The translations under genes and the position numbers were made by a program. From Trypanosoma brucei (taxonomy: Eukaryota), in contig AE017150.2 of NCBI GenBank assembly GCA_000002445.1, forward strand, positions 640,001 through 704,000: a stretch of DNA of 64,000 nucleotides. The letters are read 5' to 3'. Below, piece by piece: positions 22,200 to 32,843 of this stretch. A model generated the notes under the pieces. That model worked only from the letters and a program-made list of their open reading frames with translations, was not told the DNA's origin and ran no database searches. Within the stretch, counting starts at the first letter, position 1; every line of letters starts with the position of its first letter.

Positions 22200-22700
22200 A
22201 TCCATCATCGTCCCGATGTTGCGAAGATACGAAGCAAAAAAAAAAAAAAGGAAAGAAAAAAAGAAAGAAAGACAGGGAAGACAAACAAACACACACAAAT
22301 AGAGAGAAAGAGAAAGAGAAAGAGAAATAAAGAGGTACGGTCATGCACGGGTAGGTGATAAATAATAATAATAATATTAACAAAAAAAACAATTATGATG
22401 GTAATAACAATAATAGTACAAGATCAACAATATATGTACATATACAAATATAAATATATAAATAAATATATATATATATATATAAGCAAATAAGCAAGGG
22501 AGGGAGAAAGAGGAAGAGAAAGAGGGTAAAAGACAGAAAAATAGGGGGGGGGGGGAGAAAATGAAAATCGAAAATCATAAAAGAGGAAGAGGGGAGGAGG
22601 GGGAAAGAAGAAAGAAAAAAGAAAAAAGAAAAGGACTCACACGATTCGAGCCGAGGGGACTGACAAGTAAAAAAAAAAGAGAAAGCTGATGTACAAACAA
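22200..22700 (-). promoter_or_regulatory. very long polypyrimidine (coding-strand) region in the UBE2S-BEACH intergenic tract
   Basis: Plus strand is about 90% purine over roughly 500 nt, with (GA)n-like and (GAAA)n-like runs plus G12 and A14 homopolymers. Lies 1.2-1.7 kb upstream of the BEACH ATG. Confidence 0.35.
22543..22554. repeat. G12 homopolymer (C12 on transcribed-sense strand); second G10 run at 21778-21787
   Basis: tagggggggggggg agaaaatg read directly, with a nearby G-rich ggggaggagggggaaag. Confidence 0.85.
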
Positions 22701-23361
22701 ATCAAATACACTACAGAAGCCACCCATACAAAACAAACAAACAAGGGTAAATACAAGCGTAAAACTGAATTAAACTAAATAATGAAATGAATGGAAGAAC
22801 ATTTAGATAATACACAGAAAATGAACAGCAGGAGGTGAGAAAAAAAAAGTTAAAAAGAGAATTTTTTAAAAAAAAGATGAGTCACTGGAGTTGGAAATAA
22901 TATAAATGCGGATTCATCACTCACATTACCTCTCTCTTCTTTTCATCATGCCTTGCATGCACTTAATGCTGCTGCGTCTCTCACGCAAACAAATCTGCGT
23001 TACAAAACCGTGGATTCTTTCTTTTTTTAAAAAAAAAATTATTATTTCTCCCCTTTTATATTGAATCCCAAACGGTACGGTGGCAAGTGCCCCAAAACAG
23101 TTCTTCACCTTCACTTATACAAACTTATACAAAATGTTACGTATAAATGAATATACAAATCAAAGAAACAACAACAACAACAACCCTTACTTTAACTTTA
23201 CTTGTGCTCTCTTGCATTTTCATCATTCGTTCGATCATTCTTTTGGTTTTATTATTTGCCTCAAACCTACGCTAATTCTACTCTTATCTCTCTATTTTTT
23301 TTTCTTTACTTTTGCATCACAGTTGTGTGAGCAACGCAAGGGCGGAACAAATTCACATTTT

Positions 23362-23363
<2 letters not shown>

Positions 23364-23433
<70 letters not shown>

Positions 23434-23439
23434 TTTTTC
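23364..23439. repeat. (CT)~31 dinucleotide microsatellite followed by T14
   Basis: ctctctct... run of about 62 bp then tttttttttttttt. Lies in the 3.9-kb ORF-free UBE2S-BEACH spacer. Confidence 0.9.
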
Positions 23440-23509
23440 CCCCTCTCCTTCACCTGTTGTTATAATAAACAAAAATAAATGGTAGGTAACTATAGAAATA
23501 TATATATAT

Positions 23510-23541
<32 letters not shown>

Positions 23542-24927
23542 ACAGTGAAAGTTCGTTACAATTTCAAATAAGCGAAAACAACAGCAACAGCAACAAAACA
23601 GGCAACAAACAGACACACGAAAAATTGAAAAATTAAGTAACGGAGATTTAAAACAAGAACAAAGAAACAACTGGATGCCACCGCTCATGAGCAGAAGGCC
23701 ACAGAAAATTGTTACGCAACTTGAATAAAATGATCGAACAAAAAAGTGAGAAGGTAACAAAAGAAAAAAAAGAAAAAAGAAAGAAGAGAAAATTTATCTC
23801 CTCTGAAGCTCCATCCGACAAATTGATGAAACACAAGTACAAACGGCAGAAGACGCGGAAGAGCAGCCGGAAATTGGCATTTGACGAGTAATTTATTTTT
23901 CTTTAAAAAAAAAAGCAAAATCAAAACACCTTCACATATAAAAATGAAATGAATAGATAAACGAATATTTATATGTTTTAATTATATACCATGATTGATT
24001 TTTTATGTGGCTACTCAACTGCTCAATCTATTTTCCCTCTCCCTCTCTCCTTTTGTTTTGTTTTGTTTTCTTTTTTCTTTTCTTTTCATTTCTTTTCCAC
24101 TGTGCAGTAATAAAAATATTTGAACATTTAAGAAAAAACAAATGCCGACTCGGTTTGTGCTTGCACTGCTCTCAACCCTTCGTTCTATTTTTTTCCTTTT
24201 TTTTCCCCCTACCTCTTAGCGTAAACAAACTGGCACCAAAGTTAACTTTTTCAGTCTACAAATACAATAATATCATACACTAATTTATTTTTTCATCTTG
24301 TCTAATTAGTAAGTCCCCTACTTGTTTTTTTCTTTGTTATCATTATTTGTATACAAACGCCGACTAGGGTAAAAACAAAACAAAACAAAAACAAAAACAA
24401 CAGCAATAAAAATCGACCCCTTGTGCACTCGAATCCGTTTCTTTTGTCTCATTTTTTTAAAAAAAAACTGGAAGGCTTCCCCGCGATGAAATAAAACACG
24501 GGAAGCGAACAAGCGAACAGAAGGAAAAAAAAAGAAACGGCGTTCATGCGTATTTTTAAAAATTTCTTTGACACATTTTATCTTCTGTTGTATACAAGAG
24601 TTTACCTACCATTTCTCACCCCTTTGCTTTAACAATTTTCCACCGCAACGTAAATTAGATGTGCTGGGAACCTTTTTTTTAAAAAATTATTGAAAGATGA
24701 TAATTCTCTTTTTTTTTTCTTTCCTTCTTTTGTTTCTGTTTCTTTTCGTTTTCCACCCCCTTTTCATTCTCTGTTTTGCCTCCCATACAAACCGCAACAC
24801 AACAAAAACATGAAACTCGCTCCCTCCCCCCTCCTACAAAAAAGAAAGAGAAAAAGAGAAAAAAAAAGACACAAAAAAAACAAGAAAAGAAATTGTGATT
24901 AAACTTCATCTATCTCTCTCTCTCCCA

Positions 24928-25683
24928 TCAAATACGTCTGAGTGCTGCCCGCTTCTTCTCCACAGCTTTTTTTGCCGCTGTGGCTGCTGCTGCTGCCGCT
25001 GATGATGATAATGATAATGATGAGGAAGCCGGTAATTCCCCCAATGTCCCTTTATTGTCTACATTGTTCATATGAAGCGAAAGCCTTAAACCACCTCCAC
25101 CCACTGCGTTATTGCTGTCATTTTCCTCCTCATCATTACATTTGCCGCTGCTCGTCACCCCGCCGTTTTCTTGAAAGCCATCGACTCCATTAAAAGGCCG
25201 TTGGGATTCCATTGGAGCCCTCCCACTTTTTATCGCATGTACTTTTGTCATCATATCTGCCTTGCGCCTGTATGCATCATAATCCTCCATCAGGAGCCGT
25301 GCTGCCTCTTCATTTAGCGCACTTTCTGCATTCGGTTCAATAAGAAGACACCGCACAATCGTGAGTACATGCCGCAAACCCAAACTTGGATTCCAGTCCC
25401 TTTTGAGTACATTCACACAAATGTCTCCCTTTTCTGCTATGTTGGGATGAAATATTTTGGTCCGGAATACACCCCGTGGTGGCACCTCCGGATATCCCTC
25501 ATCAAAATGAAACACAACTTGAAATGAGCCGCCAGCGAAGGGAGTTCCTTCAGGTCCAGTGATCTCAAATAACAACTCGCTGAGATCATCAGATCTCACC
25601 AACCGAATCCCTTCCGTGGGATTCGAATTAATATCTTGCACTTGTCGCATTATGAGGTGCATGGCAGCCGGTGAAACGGGCAT
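24928..25683 (-). CDS. UBE2S: ubiquitin-conjugating enzyme E2 S (UBE2S/E2-EPF-like) with basic C-terminal tail
   Basis: UBC fold with HPN motif and catalytic Cys in [56 protein letters not shown] aligns closely with human UBE2S ([36 protein letters not shown]). C-terminal Lys/Ala-rich extension ends KKRAALRRI, resembling the UBE2S C-terminal ...LRRL tail. Confidence 0.8.
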   Translation of the reverse strand: [251 protein letters not shown]

Positions 25684-26966
25684 TGCAAATACGTATGTGC
25701 GAAATCCTGTAAGTTATATCTGTTAATATTAATATCCTCTAATAACAGCAGTAATAGTTGTGGTGATGGTATATATTTTTATTACTATTATTATTACTAT
25801 TGTTATTATTAGTATTAATATATTACACTCAAGAGAATATTCACCTATATCGGTTCAAATCTCTTTTTTCTTGTATTGATACTACTTTTTTCTTTTCGCT
25901 CAGTTTTTCCTTTCTCTGTTGATTATACCCCTCTTGTGAAGTGTGAGACGGTCAAATAATAATAATAATGCACCCACTCCCCCCAAAAAAAAACAGCAAT
26001 AAAAACGAAGTGTCAAAGAAGCAGAAGTGGAGTAGCAGACGATACGGGAAATAAAACCCTGCTGATGAAAGTAAAAAAGAAATATTACTGCTTTAGTATC
26101 TAAAGCATACATATATATATATATATATATATATAGGCGCAAAATAAACATATCATTCACACACAACTCAAATGTACAGATGCAGCCGCGGCGTGAAAAG
26201 AGAGCCGGGGGAGTAAGCGATAGTAATACATTGATTACAGAAACATATTTGTGTCTGCAGCTCTACCACACTCAGAAATGCAGCAAAAACTAAAAAAAAA
26301 AGGTCAGCACACCGACCATCACGACTATTTTTGAGCCCTTTTCCTTTTTCCCCCTTTCTCTCTAACATTGTGTGATATGTGAAAAGACATTAAATAGTAA
26401 TAATAATAATATAAACGTATATTATTTTTAAAACAGTACAAGTGACACCTAATTTTTGCATAGCGCAAAGAACTGAAATAATATTTCTGGCCTTCGTTTG
26501 CTTTTCCCCCCCTCTCCGACCATATTTACGACACGCGTGCCTGAGTGTAATATTACCGCTTATGATCAGTCGGTCATCTCGTTGTGGTACGCCGCCCATA
26601 GACGTCGCCTAGCGAATAACTGCAATACCATTGAAAAAACAAAGCTTAAGAGAAAAGTTAACAGCATTGTTTAAAGAATAAGTAAAGAGATGTTGCAGCG
26701 AAACCCGCAAGTGGTGTTGACGCCTAACTGAAGCTTACATGCGGAATATTTCACATGTTATGGGCGCAGCGGTGGCAACTTCGTGAGTTTTGTGGATAAT
26801 CTCCCGCGCTGCCTGCCACTCTCCTTTGAGAAAATCGTAAAGGTCGGGTATTAAAAGAAAAAAAAATGTACAAGTGCATGCAGAAGGTGAATGGGAATTG
26901 GGATAATTATATACCGCCACATGAGATAAAATTGACGAATGGATTGTGCCCATAATAGAACTCTCA

Positions 26967-28730
26967 TCATCCGTCTGTTTTGACACTATTCGTAGCTAAA
27001 TTTTCTTCTATTTTCTCTTCTCCGTGCCCCTCTTTTAGTTCCGAATTTCTCTCGCTATGTTTCTCGCCGATGGCGAGACAACCTTCTCGGAACTTTCTCA
27101 TCAAATCAACGTCCCACTCACAAGCTTCTATGATTTCAACTTCCCGTGCATGACAACGCTCCATCAAAGCGAACACAAAAAGGTGTTTCTTGGCTCGCTC
27201 CGCGTTCTCTTCCTCTTCAATCGACCGCCGCTTGATCTCTTCTGAAAATAACGCAATATCATCGAGCTCCATCGCGCAGCGTAGAACCGTGCGGCCATGT
27301 TCCTCGAAAAGAGCCAACGCATCTCTGTCATTTTGGCATCTCAAAACAAGTTCTCTAAAAAGCGTTACACCTGTTGCACGTCCACACACCAAGCGCCGTG
27401 TCATTTCAATACCATACAATTTTGGGTATACATCAACCTGAGATTGCATAAACAGCCATGCATGGACTTGTGCCACTTGTGTAAGCAATTGAAACGACTC
27501 CAACTCTACACGGAACAGTGTCTCCATTGTGCTCAACAAGTGGCTAAAAAGTTCTTGCTCAAGAGAAGCATGCTCCTCCATGATCTCGCTGCGTGACTTT
27601 TCCTCGCGCTCGTGAAGTTGCTGCAAGCTAACGCGGTAACGCTCCTTGCGTCCCCTTGTCAGGTACACCCAACGCCTGAGATAATTCTTCAATGGGGCAC
27701 TTCCAAGCAACATGCCTCGATGCACAAAAACAAACAAATCCCAGATGGGTTGGAATGCTTTGTTCTCCTCCTCAAGTACATAACTTCGGTTGATTTCTTC
27801 TCTGTAATTTATCGCCTGGAGTCCATTCAGCATCGTGTCTTGCAGTAATTTTTGCACCGGCTCGCCGTATTCACTCTCCTTGTCACAACTATCCACGAGG
27901 TGCAACGCGCCCAGGTGTTGAGAAAATAACTTAACAGCTTCAAGGTGTTCCTCATCTACAATCGTTTCGCGAGCGACAAGTTCTTCGCGTATGTATGACA
28001 ACCGAAGTGTCGCAAGCTCCCGTGGCCCAAGTGACTTCCACTCACCGTTCACAAGTATTGTCCTCCGTTTAAACCTTGCCTCATCCAGCAATGAGGCGTG
28101 GTTTGCAAAATCTGCTGACAGACGGCTTGCTCGACCGGGAACAAAAACGCTCGGGCCCCATCCTGAACTTGCAGATGAAGCAACACGTGTCTCTGTAGCA
28201 TTATCGCTTATATGAATACCATGGTTACAAAATGTATTTCCCCACGGAGATGGGGCCGTAGGGTAATTCACCGGCGGGCCTTGTGTATGAACTGATGTGC
28301 AGCCGCCGAAGCTCGTTGGCCGGATGATGGAACCTCTATTATTGCTATACCGCGTACCAAGTTTTCTTAAAGCATCGCCAACCAAGTAATCAAGGCGTGT
28401 TTTCAACGACTTGGACCACAATGGATGCTCACTCACATGAACCACCGTCCGCACGTTATACGTTGGGCACGTTGATACTGGTTTAAGCGCTAACTTTTCC
28501 CAAGATGTAAGCGGCCTGCTGAACTGTCCAAACGGCTCAGTGGGCTGATCCCCATAGCTTTCAGTTGGGCAACTTCGATATGTCATGGTGTAATCACGTA
28601 AGCTTTCCCCTTCTACATCACGGCCTTCAGATGACGAAGTTCCCAGGGGGGGAAGAAATGACGTGTGACTCACGCGAGGAGTCTGTGGGCACTCACCAGG
28701 CGGATTCCCATCTCCTTCAGTGTAACTCAT
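26967..28730 (-). CDS. hypothetical protein, 587 aa, no confidently recognisable domain
   Basis: Long ORF co-oriented with neighbours and non-repetitive. C-terminal half predicted helical. Weak, unverified resemblance to GEF-like helical bundles in the segment RELATLRLSYIREELVARETIVDEEHLEAVKLF. Confidence 0.55.
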   Translation of the reverse strand: MSYTEGDGNPPGECPQTPRVSHTSFLPPLGTSSSEGRDVEGESLRDYTMTYRSCPTESYGDQPTEPFGQFSRPLTSWEKLALKPVSTCPTYNVRTVVHVSEHPLWSKSLKTRLDYLVGDALRKLGTRYSNNRGSIIRPTSFGGCTSVHTQGPPVNYPTAPSPWGNTFCNHGIHISDNATETRVASSASSGWGPSVFVPGRASRLSADFANHASLLDEARFKRRTILVNGEWKSLGPRELATLRLSYIREELVARETIVDEEHLEAVKLFSQHLGALHLVDSCDKESEYGEPVQKLLQDTMLNGLQAINYREEINRSYVLEEENKAFQPIWDLFVFVHRGMLLGSAPLKNYLRRWVYLTRGRKERYRVSLQQLHEREEKSRSEIMEEHASLEQELFSHLLSTMETLFRVELESFQLLTQVAQVHAWLFMQSQVDVYPKLYGIEMTRRLVCGRATGVTLFRELVLRCQNDRDALALFEEHGRTVLRCAMELDDIALFSEEIKRRSIEEEENAERAKKHLFVFALMERCHAREVEIIEACEWDVDLMRKFREGCLAIGEKHSERNSELKEGHGEEKIEENLATNSVKTDG

Positions 28731-29477
28731 TTCTTCTTTTTTACAGATATCGAAATATCAGACACGCAGGTACGCCCTGGTGTATTGAGACAAAGAGCCC
28801 ACGTAAACAGTGCAAGAAAAAAAAATAATTATTATAAAGAAAGAAAGGAGGATGCGACTTGAAGCGATAATTCACTCTATCTTCCCCCCCTCTCTCTTCT
28901 TTAGAGTATGTTTCTCCCAGAAAGAAACAAAAACCTAGAAATACTCTATGGTAGAGTGAAAGGTGCTCTACTCACCTCTTCCTTCCTTCCTTCCTTTGAA
29001 CTTTCTTTTCTACTATTGAGTATATTGAAAAATCATAGGTGATGTGACGGAAATATTACAAGCATTTTTTTAAAAATTCATACAGGGATTCAAAAGGAAC
29101 GAGACAAGAAAGAAATATGGTCAAGCGCACCTGCAACATGAGGCAGTACAACGGCTCCAGGACAGTTCACCCTTATAATACACACGAACGCAGGTGGAGT
29201 GAGGGTTCAACACTCCCTTCTGTAACTTCGAGCCTCTCTATTCCAGCTTCACCCACATCAACGGGACAATCTATGGGAGAGACACACATATGACAAATTT
29301 TAACGTGCACTCATTCTATTAACAGAACAGTATGCAGGGCAAAATGGACCTCGTTTCGAGGAACGAAAAAAGAACAAGGAAAAGAGCCGTAATTCCAGTT
29401 TCTGCTGACGCCACGGCAGCAAACGGGCTGGAGATATGGATAGTTGTATAAACGTACGCAAGACACCAGTCAGTCAC

Positions 29478-31703
29478 TCAAGTGAAATAAGTCGAATCGT
29501 CTCGGTTTAGTAGCGATCGATTTGTCCGGCATAACTTATCACTCCCGTCCAGAAGCTCCCTCGTGCGCTCAAACAGAGCCTGAAGGTTCCGCTCCACTTG
29601 GTTTGTTTGCTGCCATTCTGTCTCCTCTAGAAACTGTAGTTTAAGCTCATTTGTGCCTTCCACAACGGCATTCCGCGCCTCAGGAGAGAGGCGTACGAAC
29701 CGACGAAAGCGCAAAGCGTACGCCACATACTGAAACATCGGGTTATTATTGAGACACTTCGACAGACGTATGGAACACTGAGTAGCGTCACGGAAGAGAC
29801 ACGTAGCCACAAGGTTCTCTTCCTTGTCATCCCCACCTGGAATAAGATATAAAATCGTTCGGTCGTCAAAATGACACCGCACCGTGCCATTCGTTAGTGC
29901 GGCAAACGTACCGATCCCATCGATGGCACTTGTGAGGAACACAACACTTCCAGCGGTAGCCGCAGCATTGATTGCGGGGTCGTCGCTTACCATACGCATT
30001 TGCGTACGGTCGATGGCGGCTTCTGCTGCATCTGAAGGTGATATCGGGCCTATGGTCAACCCAGACGTGGAGCATGCGGTGGCACTTCTAGCAATCCTGT
30101 CGGCCCCGTTTGCAAGAGCAAACCTCAAATCAAAGCCCGCTATTTCGTCAAACATTTCCCGTTGCTTTTCTACACGCGCTGCAGCAATATTCCGTTGTGA
30201 TATTTCAATGCAAGAACCACCCACTTCCGGGAGGTAACGACCACGCTGAGCAACAGCAAATGGCGCCTCTTCCAATACACTACTAAAGTAAAGTAGTGAT
30301 CCTCCAGCCCTTGACATGACAACACCATCGCTGTACTCGCCTTCTGGGACTGGCGGTGATGATGGATCTTCTGGAGGGAGTTGACTGTTTCCATTATTAC
30401 TCAACGGTCCCTCATGTTGCTCCGGAGGAATAACAGGTGGGAGGCCTAATAGTCCATCCGCGCTTTGATGGTACACCTTGTATCCACCACTGCGACGCCA
30501 GTGATGCACGACATAACTTTCACCTATTGGTTCCACCAACGCAACGCTTTCATCTTCTCGTATCATACAAAGTACGGATCCGGCTACGAAATATGGTTCG
30601 CGGGGCCCTGACGTTGCTGATGCGTCAACAGTACGAGTATTCTCCCTATTAACACCACTATTCGGCCAACTTGCTTTACGTCCTTCAGGAAGGCACAATG
30701 AATGTCGCACATCTTTGGTCTCGCAAACACCAAGGCCCCAGTAAATTGCATGCGGTACACGACCCATAGGGTCGGCGTCGTAGCGCCACACAACCCGCTC
30801 TCGCGGATTACGTATCTGTCCATTGCACATGGCATTTTGCATCTGTGGGTTGGCAATGAGTGCGTGTACATGATCATACCGGATGGAAGAGAAACGGCAA
30901 GGTTTATGATCTTGCGCTGTGCGAGGTGTTGTCTCGTAGTACATGCGACACTCTTCATCTTCAGTAGCTAATGCTGCGGCCTCTGCTGGGGTATGATCCG
31001 CTGGTAACTCCTCATCGAACTGGAGGGCAACCTCAAGCATACGAATCCACTCACGTGGCGGGTCAATGAGAGGAAACGTTTGCTCCATCCACACATAATG
31101 AAAGGCCCGTAGACTATCAACGGTCCCTGTGATGAACCCCCGTGAATCAGTGGGGCGAACAAAAATAGACCTTGCTCCGCTCCTCTCCACAGCTGGTGCC
31201 GGCCAACGCACTGAAAAAGTCATTCGTCCACCGTGAAGTGTCAGTGAGACACGTCGCAGTGCACACCACAGTGTGGCTCGCGATCCGCAACGCTCAAATA
31301 GCCTTCGGTCAACAGCTACCACGAGAGAGTCAATGGGGCCTGGGTGCCGCCACACTTCACATGGTGTCACTGTGAGCCCAGAAATGACACGTGGATGAGG
31401 AGAGTAGTAATTATATATCTGCAAAGCCTCACTTACCTTTTTCTCGTACTTTGAGAGAGTGAGGGCAGTAAAATAATAATCACCTCCCTTCCCTTCATCG
31501 CCTGTTTCGCTTATGTCAAGACGGCTGCGTGCCCCCATACTTCCATCAATAGCAACAAACGTTTGCATCTCATCACAGAATGAAAGCACCGTGCCATCCC
31601 CATAGACGAAATCTACCGAACTGTCGGTCCACGCACAGGCTTTTACAACATGATCAGCGACGGAAACCTCATTGTAGAATCTGCGAAGACTCATGACAGC
31701 CAC
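29478..31703 (-). CDS. hypothetical protein, 741 aa, no recognisable domain
   Basis: Long ORF co-oriented with the polycistron. Complex amino-acid composition. Internal other-frame ORFs are short. Confidence 0.55.
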   Translation of the reverse strand: MAVMSLRRFYNEVSVADHVVKACAWTDSSVDFVYGDGTVLSFCDEMQTFVAIDGSMGARSRLDISETGDEGKGGDYYFTALTLSKYEKKVSEALQIYNYYSPHPRVISGLTVTPCEVWRHPGPIDSLVVAVDRRLFERCGSRATLWCALRRVSLTLHGGRMTFSVRWPAPAVERSGARSIFVRPTDSRGFITGTVDSLRAFHYVWMEQTFPLIDPPREWIRMLEVALQFDEELPADHTPAEAAALATEDEECRMYYETTPRTAQDHKPCRFSSIRYDHVHALIANPQMQNAMCNGQIRNPRERVVWRYDADPMGRVPHAIYWGLGVCETKDVRHSLCLPEGRKASWPNSGVNRENTRTVDASATSGPREPYFVAGSVLCMIREDESVALVEPIGESYVVHHWRRSGGYKVYHQSADGLLGLPPVIPPEQHEGPLSNNGNSQLPPEDPSSPPVPEGEYSDGVVMSRAGGSLLYFSSVLEEAPFAVAQRGRYLPEVGGSCIEISQRNIAAARVEKQREMFDEIAGFDLRFALANGADRIARSATACSTSGLTIGPISPSDAAEAAIDRTQMRMVSDDPAINAAATAGSVVFLTSAIDGIGTFAALTNGTVRCHFDDRTILYLIPGGDDKEENLVATCLFRDATQCSIRLSKCLNNNPMFQYVAYALRFRRFVRLSPEARNAVVEGTNELKLQFLEETEWQQTNQVERNLQALFERTRELLDGSDKLCRTNRSLLNRDDSTYFT

Positions 31704-32843
31704 AATTCCTGATTTAAGTAGATATAATCGATATTATTAGTTGCTGATTTTTTTAATTTTTCCTTTACTAAAGAAAGTTAATTTATAGTCCCCACCGTAA
31801 CCGGAGGCGTAGCAGTGGGCACTACAGCTCCACCGTTAGAAGTTGACAGATTCACCTTTTGCTAACAAATAAAGTAGAAGCATAATGGAAGGAGAACATA
31901 CAAGACAGGTAATGGCTTTGAAGAGTTGTTGCATTTAAACAACAATGCGACGTAAACAAGCAAACCACCACGGGCGGGGTTGAACAATATGTGTACAAAC
32001 GCCCTCCAAACTTCCACAGTTTCCGAACAATAGTCCTGTCAGTCTTTATTCATTTAAATATGTATTTTTTCATCCCTTCGCGACACACATGCGTGTCCAT
32101 AACGTCACGATGTCAATATTTCAACCATGGTGAAACTGCAACGTGCCACACCCCCGGTGAGATCCGATCCTTCCCCTCAACCACACAAACCCTCCTTTCA
32201 GATATCGATCGCAATACCTCATACCTATTCAAAATCTCTATTACTCTGCCTTACCCCTCATTCTTTCATTTCCTTTCGTTTCTTGAGGGATCATCTCCGC
32301 ATCGCTGCATGAAAAGTAATGATAGGTAATACGAACATGTGCACATACACATGCATGTATAGCGAGAAGAACAATGAAAAGAGAGGAAGGTGTCATATTG
32401 GTAATATCGGCGTCATTGAAAATATCCATCCAAGAGCATGCTGAGGGGCCGGCAGGTACGGGGGAAAACATGGAGCAGGGCGACACCGAGAAAGGACAAA
32501 ATAAAACAAGACAAAAGAGGGAAAGATATTATCCATCCACAACGTACCGGTACAGCACACACGAAGTCGAGAAAAGGAAGAGGGTAAACGGATAAGGTGA
32601 AGTAAACAAAATGTCCTTCGCCGCCCCCTTTTTTTTTCACGGGTTTATATCATCCGTTTGGTGTCTCTTCGTCTGCTTACTTTCACAGTTCCCTTCCCTC
32701 CAGCTTTCCACACCCGCCATTCCCTTCGCGGTGGACTGTTCCGTCGCCGCCAATTCATTTCACGAAACCCACCCACTGACAACCGCGGTTTATCCGAACT
32801 TCCGTTCGTCATATTCTCACTCATTTCCGCATCAGTGCTGGCT

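Noticed and set aside
22626-22660. tRNA-like T-arm fragment (gattcgagcc) and a search for tRNA or snoRNA genes in the spacers.
   Set aside because: No full GGTTCGA(A/G)TCC T-loop with an appropriately spaced acceptor stem or D-loop is present. C-box-like tgatga motifs, e.g. at 647, lack a convincing downstream D box and terminal stem.
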